From: an uncultured Gemmatimonadales bacterium
Lineage (GTDB): Bacteria > Gemmatimonadota > Gemmatimonadetes > Gemmatimonadales > GWC2-71-9
Assembly: GCA_963828735.1 (NCBI GenBank)
Contig: CAWHFW010000005.1
Span: 1-64,000 of the forward strand
Length of the DNA: 64,000 nt
Direction: 5' to 3'
Shown: piece after piece, positions 1 to 9,623 of the stretch
Numbering within the stretch: the first letter of the stretch is position 1
How the letters are laid out: each line of letters begins with the position of its first letter
Position numbers and translations under genes: made by a program
The notes under the pieces: generated by a model
What the model was told of the DNA's origin: nothing
Database searches by the model: none
Seen by the model: only the letters and a program-made list of their open reading frames with translations

Positions 1-8
1 GCGCATGA

Positions 9-1118
9 GTGCTGAAAGCCAGCGACGGCCACGGCAAATACTGGACAAAGGCCATCGCCGAGGCCGACGACCTCGACGAGAGCAACGGCAAGACGATCCT
101 GACGTTCTTCGAGGCGCAGGACGTCAGCGAAGAAGCTGGCGCGCGGCGAGGACGGCAGCACCGGCAACGCACCGATCACCGTGGATGGCGCGCTGAAGGA
201 CTACAGGCGCGATCTGGACTCGCGCAATGCCAATCCGTACAACGCCGACTGGCCGCGCCTGCACCTCAACAGCGTGCTGTTGTCGAAGCCAGTGGCGTTG
301 CTCGCGGCAACTGAGTTGAATATCTGGCGCGACGGCCTTCTGAGTACGATGGCACCGGCCACCATCAACCGGCTAGGCGGCTGCCTGTGCGCTGCGCTGG
401 AGTTGGCGACACAGCACGACGAGCGTATTAAGAACCGACAGGCATGGGAAATCGGACTTGCGCGTTTGCCGAATGCGCAAGAGGTGCGCAACGTCATCAT
501 CTCCGACGACAAGGTGCGCGAATTCGTCGCCACCGGCTACGGGCTCGATGATCAAGTTTGGTCTTTTCGCCGACACGGCGGCGAGTCAGGCGCGCGACCG
601 TCGCAACTCGTCGCGCCTGCGCGTCGAGGATCTGCACGACCATCCGGTGCGGCCGAAACTGATGATGCCGAAAGTCTGCCAAGGGCGGCGGCAGGAATCG
701 GAGCGCGAAGAAAACCGAGCGATACTCGGTGCCGATCACGGTGCAGCTCGCCGCCAAGTTAAAAGCGGCAGCTAAAGGCCGGGCCGACGATGCGCCGCTA
801 CTCGTTCAAAGCGACGGAAGCCCATGGGGCAACAATCCGGGTCAGAGCTATCATCGCGACGTGGACACGGTCGTCACCGCCATCGGGCTGGATCCTGACG
901 AAGTGACGATGTACGCGCTGAGACATTCCAGCATCGTCCGCCTGCTGTTGCAGAACGTCCCTATCAGGTTGGTGGCGTCGTTGCATAATACATCGGTCGC
1001 GATGATCGAACGGACTTATTCGAAATACATCACCGAGCACACTGACGACATCTCTCGCAGGGCGCTGTTGCAGCACGAGCCACCGGCCGGCGAGAACGTC
1101 GTCGCACTGGCGCGGTGA
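9..1118 (+). pseudogene. Tyrosine recombinase/integrase, split over several frames (sequencing error or decay); 5' end outside the window
   Basis: ORFs 9..314, 181..762, 458..775 and 729..1118 join into one protein: GARPSQL (catalytic Arg box), YALRHSSI (HxxR-type box), LHNTSVAMIERTYSK (catalytic Tyr box). Confidence 0.75.
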
Positions 1119-1576
1119 TCCATGCCGTCCGCTGTTGGAAATCTGCGCGAGCAAAACCGCGACCGCGACGGCGAACCGTATCGCTGCTGATCGTCGCGAG
1201 ACGCACGAGGCGCTGCGCCGAATGCAGCAGAACGCCACCATGGAAAGGCTGCGGATATTCGCGGCAGACCGCACCCGCCCGCGAGATGCACGAGGCGATG
1301 CGCCTCGTAGCTGAGAGGCTGATAGCTGAGAGGCTGATGGGACGGATGCGTCCCGTCTCGCCCACTCAAACTGAACCTGACAAACCCGAACCCAAGCCCA
1401 AGCGCAAGCGCAAGCCCGGCGGTGGCCGCAAGACCAGCCTCACGCCAGAGGAGATTGAGCGCGGCATCCGCATCCTGCGCAGCCACGACAGAATGACAGT
1501 CGAAGCCGCGCGCAGGACGCTGCGGAGGCGGGCATCGATGCCAAGGACACCGTCGCTGTACGATGCTTGTCATTAG
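1115..1576 (+). CDS. Hypothetical basic protein, possible C-terminal DNA-binding helices
   Basis: GTGA overlap with the integrase stop; KPKPKRKRKPGGGRK basic linker followed by a helical segment; frame uncertain. Confidence 0.3.
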   Translation: MIHAVRCWKSARAKPRPRRRTVSLLIVARRTRRCAECSRTPPWKGCGYSRQTAPAREMHEAMRLVAERLIAERLMGRMRPVSPTQTEPDKPEPKPKRKRKPGGGRKTSLTPEEIERGIRILRSHDRMTVEAARRTLRRRASMPRTPSLYDACH

Positions 1577-1590
1577 AACCGGCTTACGCT

Positions 1591-2050
1591 TCACGGTGAT
1601 TTGCTGGTTTGCCGTTTCAACACTTCCATCACTTGAAGGCGCAAGATCCCCAACTCGACTTGCAAGTCTGCTTCTCCGTCTAGGCACCTGAGCAGGCTGC
1701 GTATGTATGCCGCTCTTACTTCTTCCAACGGCAACTCTAGTGGCTCCTTTGTTCTGGCTTCTTCCAGCTCAGCGACGTGAGCCTTGAGCTGCATATTCTC
1801 CTCGCTCAACTCGACGACGCTGTCGCGCAAGCCGGGTCTTTGCAGGCTTCGACGGATCGGTCACTTCGAACGTCGCGTTGAACTTTCGCAGTATGGCGTT
1901 GGGGTGGTTCAGCTTCAGCCGCTCGGTCAGCGTCAGCGTGCGTCGCCATTCTTCTATCTGCGGCAACCCGTCCATCATCTGAAACAGCCGTGAGCGGTCG
2001 CCCTTGTCCATGTCGTCGAGCTTGTAGCGCTGCAGATATTCGGCTTGTTG
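1591..2050 (-). pseudogene. Fragment of a phage-type hypothetical coiled-coil protein (frameshift near 1830)
   Basis: Protein-like text LDDMDKGDRSRLFQMMDGLPQIEEWRRTL...LNHPNAILRKF continues after a frame change into RDSVVELSEENMQLKAHVAELEEA. Confidence 0.4.
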
Positions 2051-2096
2051 GTCTGTGCCTAGTTCATTGCCCACTCGCGTCGACCAGCAGCGCCTC

Positions 2097-2178
2097 GCGG
2101 AACAACTCACTCTTGGTCTGCTTGGCCAAGTCATACGCGATGCCATGCTTGCGGAACAGCTCGCGCCGAAACTCGCCG
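2097..2178 (-). pseudogene. Micro-fragment resembling the C-terminus of a phage terminase large subunit
   Basis: Reads GEFRRELFRKHGIAYDLAKQTKSELFR; resemblance recalled, not searched. Confidence 0.4.
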
Positions 2179-2452
2179 GGCGGTGACGGCATGCACCTGC
2201 TTCTTCACGTCGTCGATGGAGAGCGGGTGCGGTAAGGGCTCGAGCGGGGTTCAGACAGGCGCGTGCTGCTGATCGCCGTCCCCGGCCTCGGGGCGAATTG
2301 GGGCGCAAACAATGTCGAGGCGGATTCGCGATCGGCCCGCCGTAAGCCTATTTCCTCCGGAGATGCCGACGATCCCGCGCCTGCTCGAAACCGCCTGGGC
2401 GCATGCATTCCCAGGCCGTGAGGCGGCCGAGCGCAACGCCGTGCTGCGCGAG

Positions 2453-3150
2453 CTATCGCAGTTGCAACAGCAGCCGCGCGGCGCCGGCGCTATGTTGTAC
2501 CGCCGCGAGCGCCTTCACCCCACCGGCTGCGTAGGCGGCGACGGCGCGCAATAGCTCGGCGAGCTGGTGAGCGGCGCCCGGATCAAAGCGACAGTAGGCG
2601 CCATGGGTCAAGCGCGTGATCTCGCGAAACGCCTGCTCGGCGATCGGATCATCGCCCTCTTGGAACATAAAAGCGGGCACCCCAAGTTCGCCTGCGGCAT
2701 GGCACAGATCGTCGAGCTTCTCCTCCATCGCATCGCCGACGAAGACCAGGGCCTGCACTTTAAGGTTCTGAGTCTCCCGCTTGGCATGGGCAATGACCTT
2801 GCCGATCTGGGTGATTCCGGTGCGGCAGTCGATCCGCTCCATCAGCGCGGCGAGCCGCTCGGGCTGCGACACCCACTGCGAGGCCCGGCATTCGTCACGA
2901 CCGCGGTAATAGACGAGCTGGACGTCGAGCCCGCCGATCGCCGCCGCCTCCCGAAACATGTCGGCCTGCAGCCGGCAGGCGCTGTCCCAAGTGGGCTGGC
3001 GGCTCGCCGTGGCGTCGAGGGCAAAGAGCAAACGCCCTCGCGTGCCGGGCACGACGGTCGCCGGAGTACGAATCTTCTCGCAGGAACGCATCGATGGCAT
3101 TGCGCTTATCGGAGGGCAGCGAAGGAACGCTAGGATCATGATCGTTCGGC
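2453..3150 (-). CDS. VWA-domain protein (probable frameshift near the 5' end)
   Basis: LLFALDATASRQPTW (MIDAS DxTxS), LVYYRG, TQIGKV, LVFVGDAMEE; N-terminus MPNDHDPSVPSL lies in another frame. Confidence 0.8.
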
Positions 3151-3187
3151 ATATTCAAAGCTTCCTTGTGGAAGGGCATGTGTCGGA

Positions 3188-4681
3188 TCAGGGTTTCGCT
3201 AAGGCTATGATTTTGCTCGGATGTGTCGATGTGTCGTTTTCTGGACAGTGATCGGCCCACGCTTGTTCAAAATCCGCGCGGTGATAGCCCGAAAAAGATT
3301 TACTGCCCGGGAGGCGGGGTATCGGCCAGATGGTCCGGGCGCGTATCCCGAACCTGCGCAACAAGCGCGACAGCTCACCCGTGGTGAGCGGGTGGGGCTT
3401 GCCTTGATCGTTTGGGCCGCGCCAGGCGTCCCAGTGCCCTGTTTCATGCAACGCCTCGACCAGCGCTTTTTTTGAGATGCGATCGAACGACACCGTACGA
3501 ATATCCTGCAGCACCTGAACGCCAGAATCCGAGTGCGGGAGACTGGCGCAAAGTTCGATCAGAGCAGCTCGCGCCGCTTCGCCGTATTGGGGCCCGAACG
3601 TATCCGCAACCGAGATCAGCGGCCGGCAGTTGTCCGCTAAACGGGGATTGCGCGGATTGCACAGCGGAGCTGGCATTTCAGGGTCCAGATTGAGTGAAAC
3701 CGTTGCCCGCCACTTTGCGATGAGCTCACGCGCGACGGAAAAGGCGCGATCGTTCCTCTCGAATAACTTCTTGGGCGTGCCAAGCTGCATGTTGACGATA
3801 TGCGAGCGCGACAATACCGCTGAAGGCACATCGCGCATTTCGCCTCTGAGCGCATAGGCACACGGAAAATAGATCGGAAACTCTTCGCCAGCTCGGTCGA
3901 TGCTTCCGCCGCGCTCGTAGCCGCCATCGAGGACTGCCCGCAGCACGCGGTCAACGAGCAGGCCTTGGTTCTCGGCCTCATCGAGCAGGTACGTTGTGCG
4001 AGGTCGATGCTCGAGCCGACGATAGATAGCCGCAGGCGTAGCATTCTTGGAGAGCTTTGTTTCGGAGGCTAGCTGGTCAAGCAGCTTGAATAGCGTCGTT
4101 TTGCCGAAGCCACTGGTAGGGCTAATCAGCCCAAGCCGAGGAAAACACTCGAATTGATCATACACATGAGTTCCCAGCATCCATAGCGCAATGACCATGC
4201 GCTGCGCGGGTGTTGCTACGATGTAATCGTCGAGTAGCACCAGAATCAATTCGAGCACGTTGAAAGCCGGTTCGTCCGTGGCTGATCCCTGCTGCGGCGC
4301 CGCAGCGCTGGTGGTGGTGTTGTGGTCGGCCCAATAGGAGAGAAGGATCGCCGTGAAACCGTTCGGGCCGTTCCAACTGAGTTTTTGCTTAACTAGGAAC
4401 GCATCGAGTTTTTCCCGGGCAGTCGTGCGAATAGTCTGATTGTCTGAACCAAGTTGGCCGAACAACCGCCAAAGGCGTTCGTAAATCTTGTCCTTTGGCC
4501 GGGACGGAGCGGCAGTCACATTAACGGCGAGAAAGGTCTGCGGCAGATCATTGATCGAGAGGCCGTGCTTAGCCAACAAACCAAACAGCCTGCTGCGGTC
4601 TGCTTCCGTCCAATCAGGTGCGCCAAACAACACCCAAGAAGCGAAGATCTGCTGGTAAACTTCCGGGGGCGGTAGAGTCAT
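3188..4681 (-). CDS. DUF3631-like P-loop protein (phage/satellite replication-associated)
   Basis: 497 aa intact ORF; WMLGTHVY, SPTSGFGKTT (Walker A), LLDEAE (Walker B), C-terminal LSRLLRRFGIRARTI...GYHRADFEQAW. Confidence 0.7.
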   Translation of the reverse strand: MTLPPPEVYQQIFASWVLFGAPDWTEADRSRLFGLLAKHGLSINDLPQTFLAVNVTAAPSRPKDKIYERLWRLFGQLGSDNQTIRTTAREKLDAFLVKQKLSWNGPNGFTAILLSYWADHNTTTSAAAPQQGSATDEPAFNVLELILVLLDDYIVATPAQRMVIALWMLGTHVYDQFECFPRLGLISPTSGFGKTTLFKLLDQLASETKLSKNATPAAIYRRLEHRPRTTYLLDEAENQGLLVDRVLRAVLDGGYERGGSIDRAGEEFPIYFPCAYALRGEMRDVPSAVLSRSHIVNMQLGTPKKLFERNDRAFSVARELIAKWRATVSLNLDPEMPAPLCNPRNPRLADNCRPLISVADTFGPQYGEAARAALIELCASLPHSDSGVQVLQDIRTVSFDRISKKALVEALHETGHWDAWRGPNDQGKPHPLTTGELSRLLRRFGIRARTIWPIPRLPGSKSFSGYHRADFEQAWADHCPENDTSTHPSKIIALAKP

Positions 4682-4965
4682 CGGCCACCCCCATCATGAT
4701 CCTGACTCGACACATCGACACATGCGAGTGGAATCAACGGGTTGGACGAACACACAGCCAACACACGGGCTGACACGACAAGTCGAACAGCCGACGCTGC
4801 GGCTTGACCGGGCCGCCGCGCACGATTATGACCCGCCATCCTACCGCACTCCTATTCAGGCCAGGCACCGCCGCCAGCGGTGACTTGGCCGGTTCATATA
4901 TCTCGTCTTCGCGCATGCAATTCTCCAGATTTTCTGAGGTTGAAGTTTTTAGGTTGGCACGGCCA

Positions 4966-5280
4966 ACCGCGCCAACTTATCAATCGATCCGCTTAACGCC
5001 GCCATCAACGAGCGGATCGAACAGGCGTCGCTGATAAAGCACGCCAACGATATACCGCGCGATTACCTCGGTGCTTCGCTGATCGGGGAAACGTGCCTTC
5101 GGAAAATACAATTCGAATGGCTGACGTCATCGATGTCTTCGGCGCGCGTCCGTTCGATTTTCGCACGGGGGCACCATTTCGAAGCTGAAAGCCGCCAGCA
5201 ACTGATCGACACCGGCTTCATATTTGCTCCGATAGAGATGCTCGTCTTTATCGTCGCCGACAGTCCCATTGCCGGCACTG
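4966..5280 (+). pseudogene. Remnant of a phage PD-(D/E)XK/Cas4-like exonuclease
   Basis: Frame of ORF 5133 extended upstream reads NRANLSIDPLNAAINERIE...RDYLGASLIGETCLRKIQFEW...IFARGHHFE; no start codon and no catalytic half. Confidence 0.55.
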
Positions 5281-5682
5281 CCGCTGTCTACGTAGGGAGC
5301 GAAAATAACGCACAGGCGACTCGCGCTGAGTCAGCGCAGACGGTTCTGATCAAAACGGCACAGGCGCCCCCGGAGACTGATCGCGAGCCCGCGTTCGGTG
5401 TGCTTTGGGCATCACGATGAGTAAGTTCAAAGCACGAAAATTTTGGCGGGGGGTTATGCGTCCGCTGGCGCCAGCTCGGGGGATGCCAGGGGGGCGGTTC
5501 ATTCTAATCGCTGTGGTCTCCAGATGTCGAGCCGCGCCGACGTGCTCGACGTCGAGAGAGCCTTAAAGCCGTTAACAGCGGGTAAGCGTGAGCTTTCTGC
5601 TCATGCGCTTCTTCCTTTGGTTCAATGAGCCCTTCTGGCGGACGGCCGGCCTGTTCGGCGGGCCGTCCCGACCAGACGCTAC

Positions 5683-6335
5683 CTAGCGGCCGCCGTAGCT
5701 GCCGTAGCCGCCAAAGCTGCCGTAGCTGTCGTACGGGTTACGCGGATGACGTTTCGGATAGTAGCCGGGGTAGCCGCCAAAGCTGCCGCCGTAGCCGCCA
5801 TAGCTGCCGTAGCTGTCGTACGGGTTAGGCGAATGACGTTTCGGGTAGTAGCTGGGGTAGCCGCCAAAGCTGCCATAGCTGCCGTAGCCGCCAAAGCTGC
5901 CGTAGCTGTCGTACGGGTTAGGCGAATGACGTTTCGGGTAGTAGCGGGGTAGCCGCCAAGCTGCAGCTGGAGCGCGTACGTAGCGGGATGACGTCGGGTA
6001 GGGAAGCTGCCGTAGCCGCCAAAGCTGGCGTAGCTGTCGTACGGGTTACGCGAATGACGTTTCGGGTAGTAGCTGGGGTAGCCGCCAAAGCTGCCATAGC
6101 TGCCGTAGCCGCCAAAGCTGCCGTAGCTGTCGTACGGGTTACGCGAATGACGTTTCGGGTGGTGACCTCCGTGATTCCCCCACGTGTCACGGTTCGGGTA
6201 GTACAGCGGACCGCGGTTCGAGGAGGCTTCGCGATAGCCATCGTCCCAGGCGCGGGCCGAGGAAACACCGGCGGTGAAGACGAACGCAGAGACGATGGCC
6301 GCAACGGATGTGTTGATCAGAAAGGACTTGGTCAT
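5683..6335 (-). CDS. Secreted Gly/Tyr/Ser-rich tandem-repeat protein (frameshift in the degenerate unit ~5945-6000)
   Basis: GGAG RBS, ATG 6335, signal peptide MTKSFLINTSVAAIVSAFVFTAGVSSARA; repeats PKRHSxNPYDSYGSFGGYGSYGSFGGYPSYY; repeat frame ends GSYGGR-TAG at 5683. Confidence 0.7.
5686..6160. repeat. Coding tandem repeat, ~93 bp unit, 5 clear copies plus 1 degenerate
   Basis: Anchor ATGACGTTTCGG at 5746, 5833, 5926, 6054, 6147, and a degenerate copy at 5988. Confidence 0.9.
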
Positions 6336-7651
6336 TGCGCAATAACTCCATTCAAAGGGTTGCGAAAGAGCGTTCTTTTCCCGCGCAGACGACGGCGTCG
6401 CGGATCGCTCCACGGACGACAGAAGGTGTTCGTCTGGCTGCGTTTGATAGTGCTGGGACCTGTATCTCCCCAGCGCCCCAATTTGTGCCGGCGATCCGCG
6501 GAATAGTCTGTGGCATGGATCACGAATCCACTGTTCCATCCTGCGCCAATTTGGCGCGGCGGCGCGGCCGTGGTTCGCCGCTGCAATGATGCTGCAATGA
6601 TCCAGGATCCAGGCATCTGCCCGGATCTTGTTTTGATGTGGATGGGGTCTAGCGCAGTCGGTGGATTGTTCACTCCCACAGCCAGCCCTGGAGGCCTGGG
6701 AGCGTTAGAGAGGGCAACAGAACCATTGAACCCGCCAAATAGGCGGCGTTGCTTTTCTTTTACTGCTGGCTTAGCGACACTATCAAGGTCGTCTGCGCCC
6801 AGCTCAGAACGCGCCATTGGCGCGAGCAGCCGTTGATTGACCCCAAGCAACGGTTGTAGCTGTCGAGCGCGCTTTCTACGCTGATGGTCGAGTTGTAGCA
6901 GGCGATAACTAGGCTGTAGTCGTTGGCTTGCGCAGCTGTCGCTGCGAGCAGATCCGCGGCTATTGCAGTGGTTCTGAGTTTTACTTCCACCTGGTGTTGA
7001 CGTAGGCGACGAAGGCGCGCACCTCCTCGCCCGAACGACAAGTCGGACAGGCGCATGGCGTAGATCGAACGGGTGTCGTAGATCCCGGCCATGATGTCGT
7101 GATAGACGAAGTGCCAGTGGCCCTTGCCGGCGATAAGCCGCAGATGCGGCTCGCCGACGACGTCCAGAACCTTGCGACTGGTGAAGCGCGCCGCTCGGTT
7201 TCCCAGGCGGCTGCGCTTGCGATTTTTTTTGGGGATGGCTGCGGAGCGGGGCGGGGCGATGAACGGCAGTGACCGGCCCGCGCCCCCAACGCCGGTAGCG
7301 CGTTCATGAACGCGAGGTGCGCCAACGCCGCCAGATCGCGGCCGCACTTCAGCCCAAACGCCGGAGCCGGACGAAGGATTAACCAGTTTTGCCGCCACGA
7401 GGCAAAAGGCGACGTCGTCGCAACCCGACGCAAAGGAGACGACCATGAAGCGTAAATTCCACGCGCGCAGCGCCAACGAGGCCGTGCCATGACGATCATC
7501 ATCACAGGTCCTGATGGCAAACCGCTGAGCTTTGCCAGCGAAGCCGAATGCGATGCCTATCGCCGTGCGCTTCGCGAGAACGAGCCGCCGTCAGTGCAAT
7601 GCCTGAGCCGGTGCAAAACCGAAATTATCGGTCTGCGCCAATTCGCGCTGA

Positions 7652-9622
7652 ATGCAGCCACGAAAAGCGCCAGTCGCGGCAAAGCGGTTCACCGCGCGCC
7701 TTCGGGAGCCCGCGGTGAAGCAGGATCCCACCTCCGACCAGCAGGCTGAGCAGCTCCCGACCTACAACGCCTTCTCCCCCGACGGCGACGTGACGGCGCC
7801 GCTCGTGTTCGTCAACTACGGAGTGCCCGAGGACTACGAGCGCCTCGAGCGCCTCGGCGTGTCGGTCAAGGGAGCGATCGTCATCGCGAAGTACGGCCGC
7901 TCGTGGCGCGGCATCAAGCCGAAGGTGGCGGCCGAGCATGGCGCGGTCGGATGCCTCATCTATTCCGACCCGGCGGACGACGGCTACCATAAGGGCGACA
8001 CGTACCCCGAGGGCCCGTTCCGTCCCCGGGACGGCGTGCAGCTCGGCAGCGTGTTGGACATGCCGCTGTTCCCCGGTGATCCCCTGACCCCGGGCGTCGG
8101 AGCGACGGCGGACGCGAAACGGCTGGATCGGGCCGCGGCGCCGACGATACCGAAAATTCCCGTTCAGCCGCTCTCCTGGGCCGATGCGGAGCCCCTGCTC
8201 CAGGCGATCGGCGGCCGGCCGGTCCCCGACGGGTGGGCGGGCAGCTTGCCCATCACGTATCACGTGGGTCCAGGCCCCGCCAAGGTGCGGCTCAAGCTGC
8301 GATTCGACTGGCGGCTCGTGCCCGCGTACGACGTGCTGGCGCGAATCCCCGGCGCGGTCCGGCCGGACGAATGGGTCGTGCGCGGGAACCATCACGATGC
8401 CTGGGTGAACGGTGCCGAAGATCCAATCTCGGGCGCCATCGCCGTGCTCGAGGAGGCGCGAGCCTATGGCGCGCTCCTCAAGCAGGGGTGGCGGCCGCGC
8501 CGCACCATCGTCCTCGCGCTCTGGGACGGCGAGGAGCCCACGCTCCTCGGCTCGACCGAATGGGCGGAGGCGCACGGCGAGGAGCTCGCGCGCAGCGCGG
8601 TGGCCTACCTCAACACCGACGGCAACGGACGCGGACGCCTGGGCGCGAGCGGATCGCCGTCGCTGGCACGGCTCCTGTCCGAGGTGGCACGCGAGGTGCC
8701 TGACCCCGAGACCGGTTTCTCGGCCTGGAAACGCTCGCACCTCGGTGAGATCGCCACCGCGCGCGATGCCGACGCCCGCCGCGACGCGCGCGGGCGGGAC
8801 GACCTCCTCATTGCACCCCTGGGCGCCGGCTCGGACTACTCGGCCTTTTACCATCACCTCGGCATCCCGTCACTCAACCTCGGCTTCGGGGGCGAGGATG
8901 ATGGCGGCATCTATCACTCGATCTACGACAGCTTCCACTGGTTCACGACCTTCAGCGACACGTCCTTCGTCTACGGCCAGGCGCTCGCGCGCACGGTCGG
9001 CCTCACGACGATGCGCCTCGCGAGCGCCGAGGTGCTCCCCTACGAGTTCGGCCGACTCTCCGAGCGGGTCGAGACGAACCTCAAGGACGTGCAGGACATG
9101 CAGCGGACGGTGCGGGACTCGATCGAGGAGCAGAATCGCCAGGTGGAGGAGAGCACGTTCGTGGCGATGAACGACCCTCGGCGGCCGCTCCTCGCGCCCG
9201 AGCGCGAGGCCGTGCCTCCCTTCCTGAACGTTGCGCCGCTGCAGAACGGGGCGACCCGGCTCAAGTCGGCCACCTCCCGGTTCGAGACCGCCTACGCCGC
9301 GGCATTCGCCGGCTCCGGGCCGACGCTCGACCCGGGCACGACGGGTAGCCTCAATGCGCGGCTGCTGCGCGCCGAGCATGCGCTCGCGCCTGCCGAGGGT
9401 TTGCCCGGCCGGCCGTGGTATCGTCAGCTGCTCGCGGCGCCCGGCCGGTATGCGGGGTACGCGGCGACGCCGATGCCTGGCGTGCGTGAGGCGATCGAGG
9501 GGAAGCGGTGGTCCGAGGCGGAGACGCAGGCCGGGGTGCTGGGACGAGCGCTGGAGCAGGAGGCTGCGGCGCTCGACGAGGCCGCGGCGCTGCTGGAGGA
9601 AGTCCGGGCGAAGGGCCCCTAG
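7652..9622 (+). CDS. M28 peptidase, glutamate carboxypeptidase II/transferrin-receptor-like (PA + M28 + TfR dimer domains); N-terminally truncated
   Basis: YNAFSPDGDVTAPLVFVNYG, GNHHDAW, WDGEEP, YLNTD, GSDY, YHSIYD, GLPGRPWYR; no signal peptide or N-terminal segment. Confidence 0.9.
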   Translation: MQPRKAPVAAKRFTARLREPAVKQDPTSDQQAEQLPTYNAFSPDGDVTAPLVFVNYGVPEDYERLERLGVSVKGAIVIAKYGRSWRGIKPKVAAEHGAVGCLIYSDPADDGYHKGDTYPEGPFRPRDGVQLGSVLDMPLFPGDPLTPGVGATADAKRLDRAAAPTIPKIPVQPLSWADAEPLLQAIGGRPVPDGWAGSLPITYHVGPGPAKVRLKLRFDWRLVPAYDVLARIPGAVRPDEWVVRGNHHDAWVNGAEDPISGAIAVLEEARAYGALLKQGWRPRRTIVLALWDGEEPTLLGSTEWAEAHGEELARSAVAYLNTDGNGRGRLGASGSPSLARLLSEVAREVPDPETGFSAWKRSHLGEIATARDADARRDARGRDDLLIAPLGAGSDYSAFYHHLGIPSLNLGFGGEDDGGIYHSIYDSFHWFTTFSDTSFVYGQALARTVGLTTMRLASAEVLPYEFGRLSERVETNLKDVQDMQRTVRDSIEEQNRQVEESTFVAMNDPRRPLLAPEREAVPPFLNVAPLQNGATRLKSATSRFETAYAAAFAGSGPTLDPGTTGSLNARLLRAEHALAPAEGLPGRPWYRQLLAAPGRYAGYAATPMPGVREAIEGKRWSEAETQAGVLGRALEQEAAALDEAAALLEEVRAKGP

Positions 9623-9623
9623 A

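Larger units (their letters stand above)
1..7680. mobile_element. Decayed prophage/satellite-like mosaic, or foreign DNA chimerically joined
   Basis: Integrase, DUF3631-type ATPase, terminase and exonuclease fragments; lower GC and many broken frames relative to the rest; ends at a truncated host gene. Confidence 0.55.

Noticed and set aside
9..1118. This integrase as the enzyme for the tRNA-Ile2 att array
   Set aside because: It lies >12 kb away beyond a suspect junction, and no tRNA-derived att was seen near it
5686..6160. CRISPR array
   Set aside because: Intervening sequences are themselves repeated, unit lengths of intact copies are multiples of 3 and encode a peptide; no cas genes
6340..7650. 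Genes in the ORFs between the repeat protein and the junction
   Set aside because: Only short protein-like patches with no recognisable family; cannot be supported
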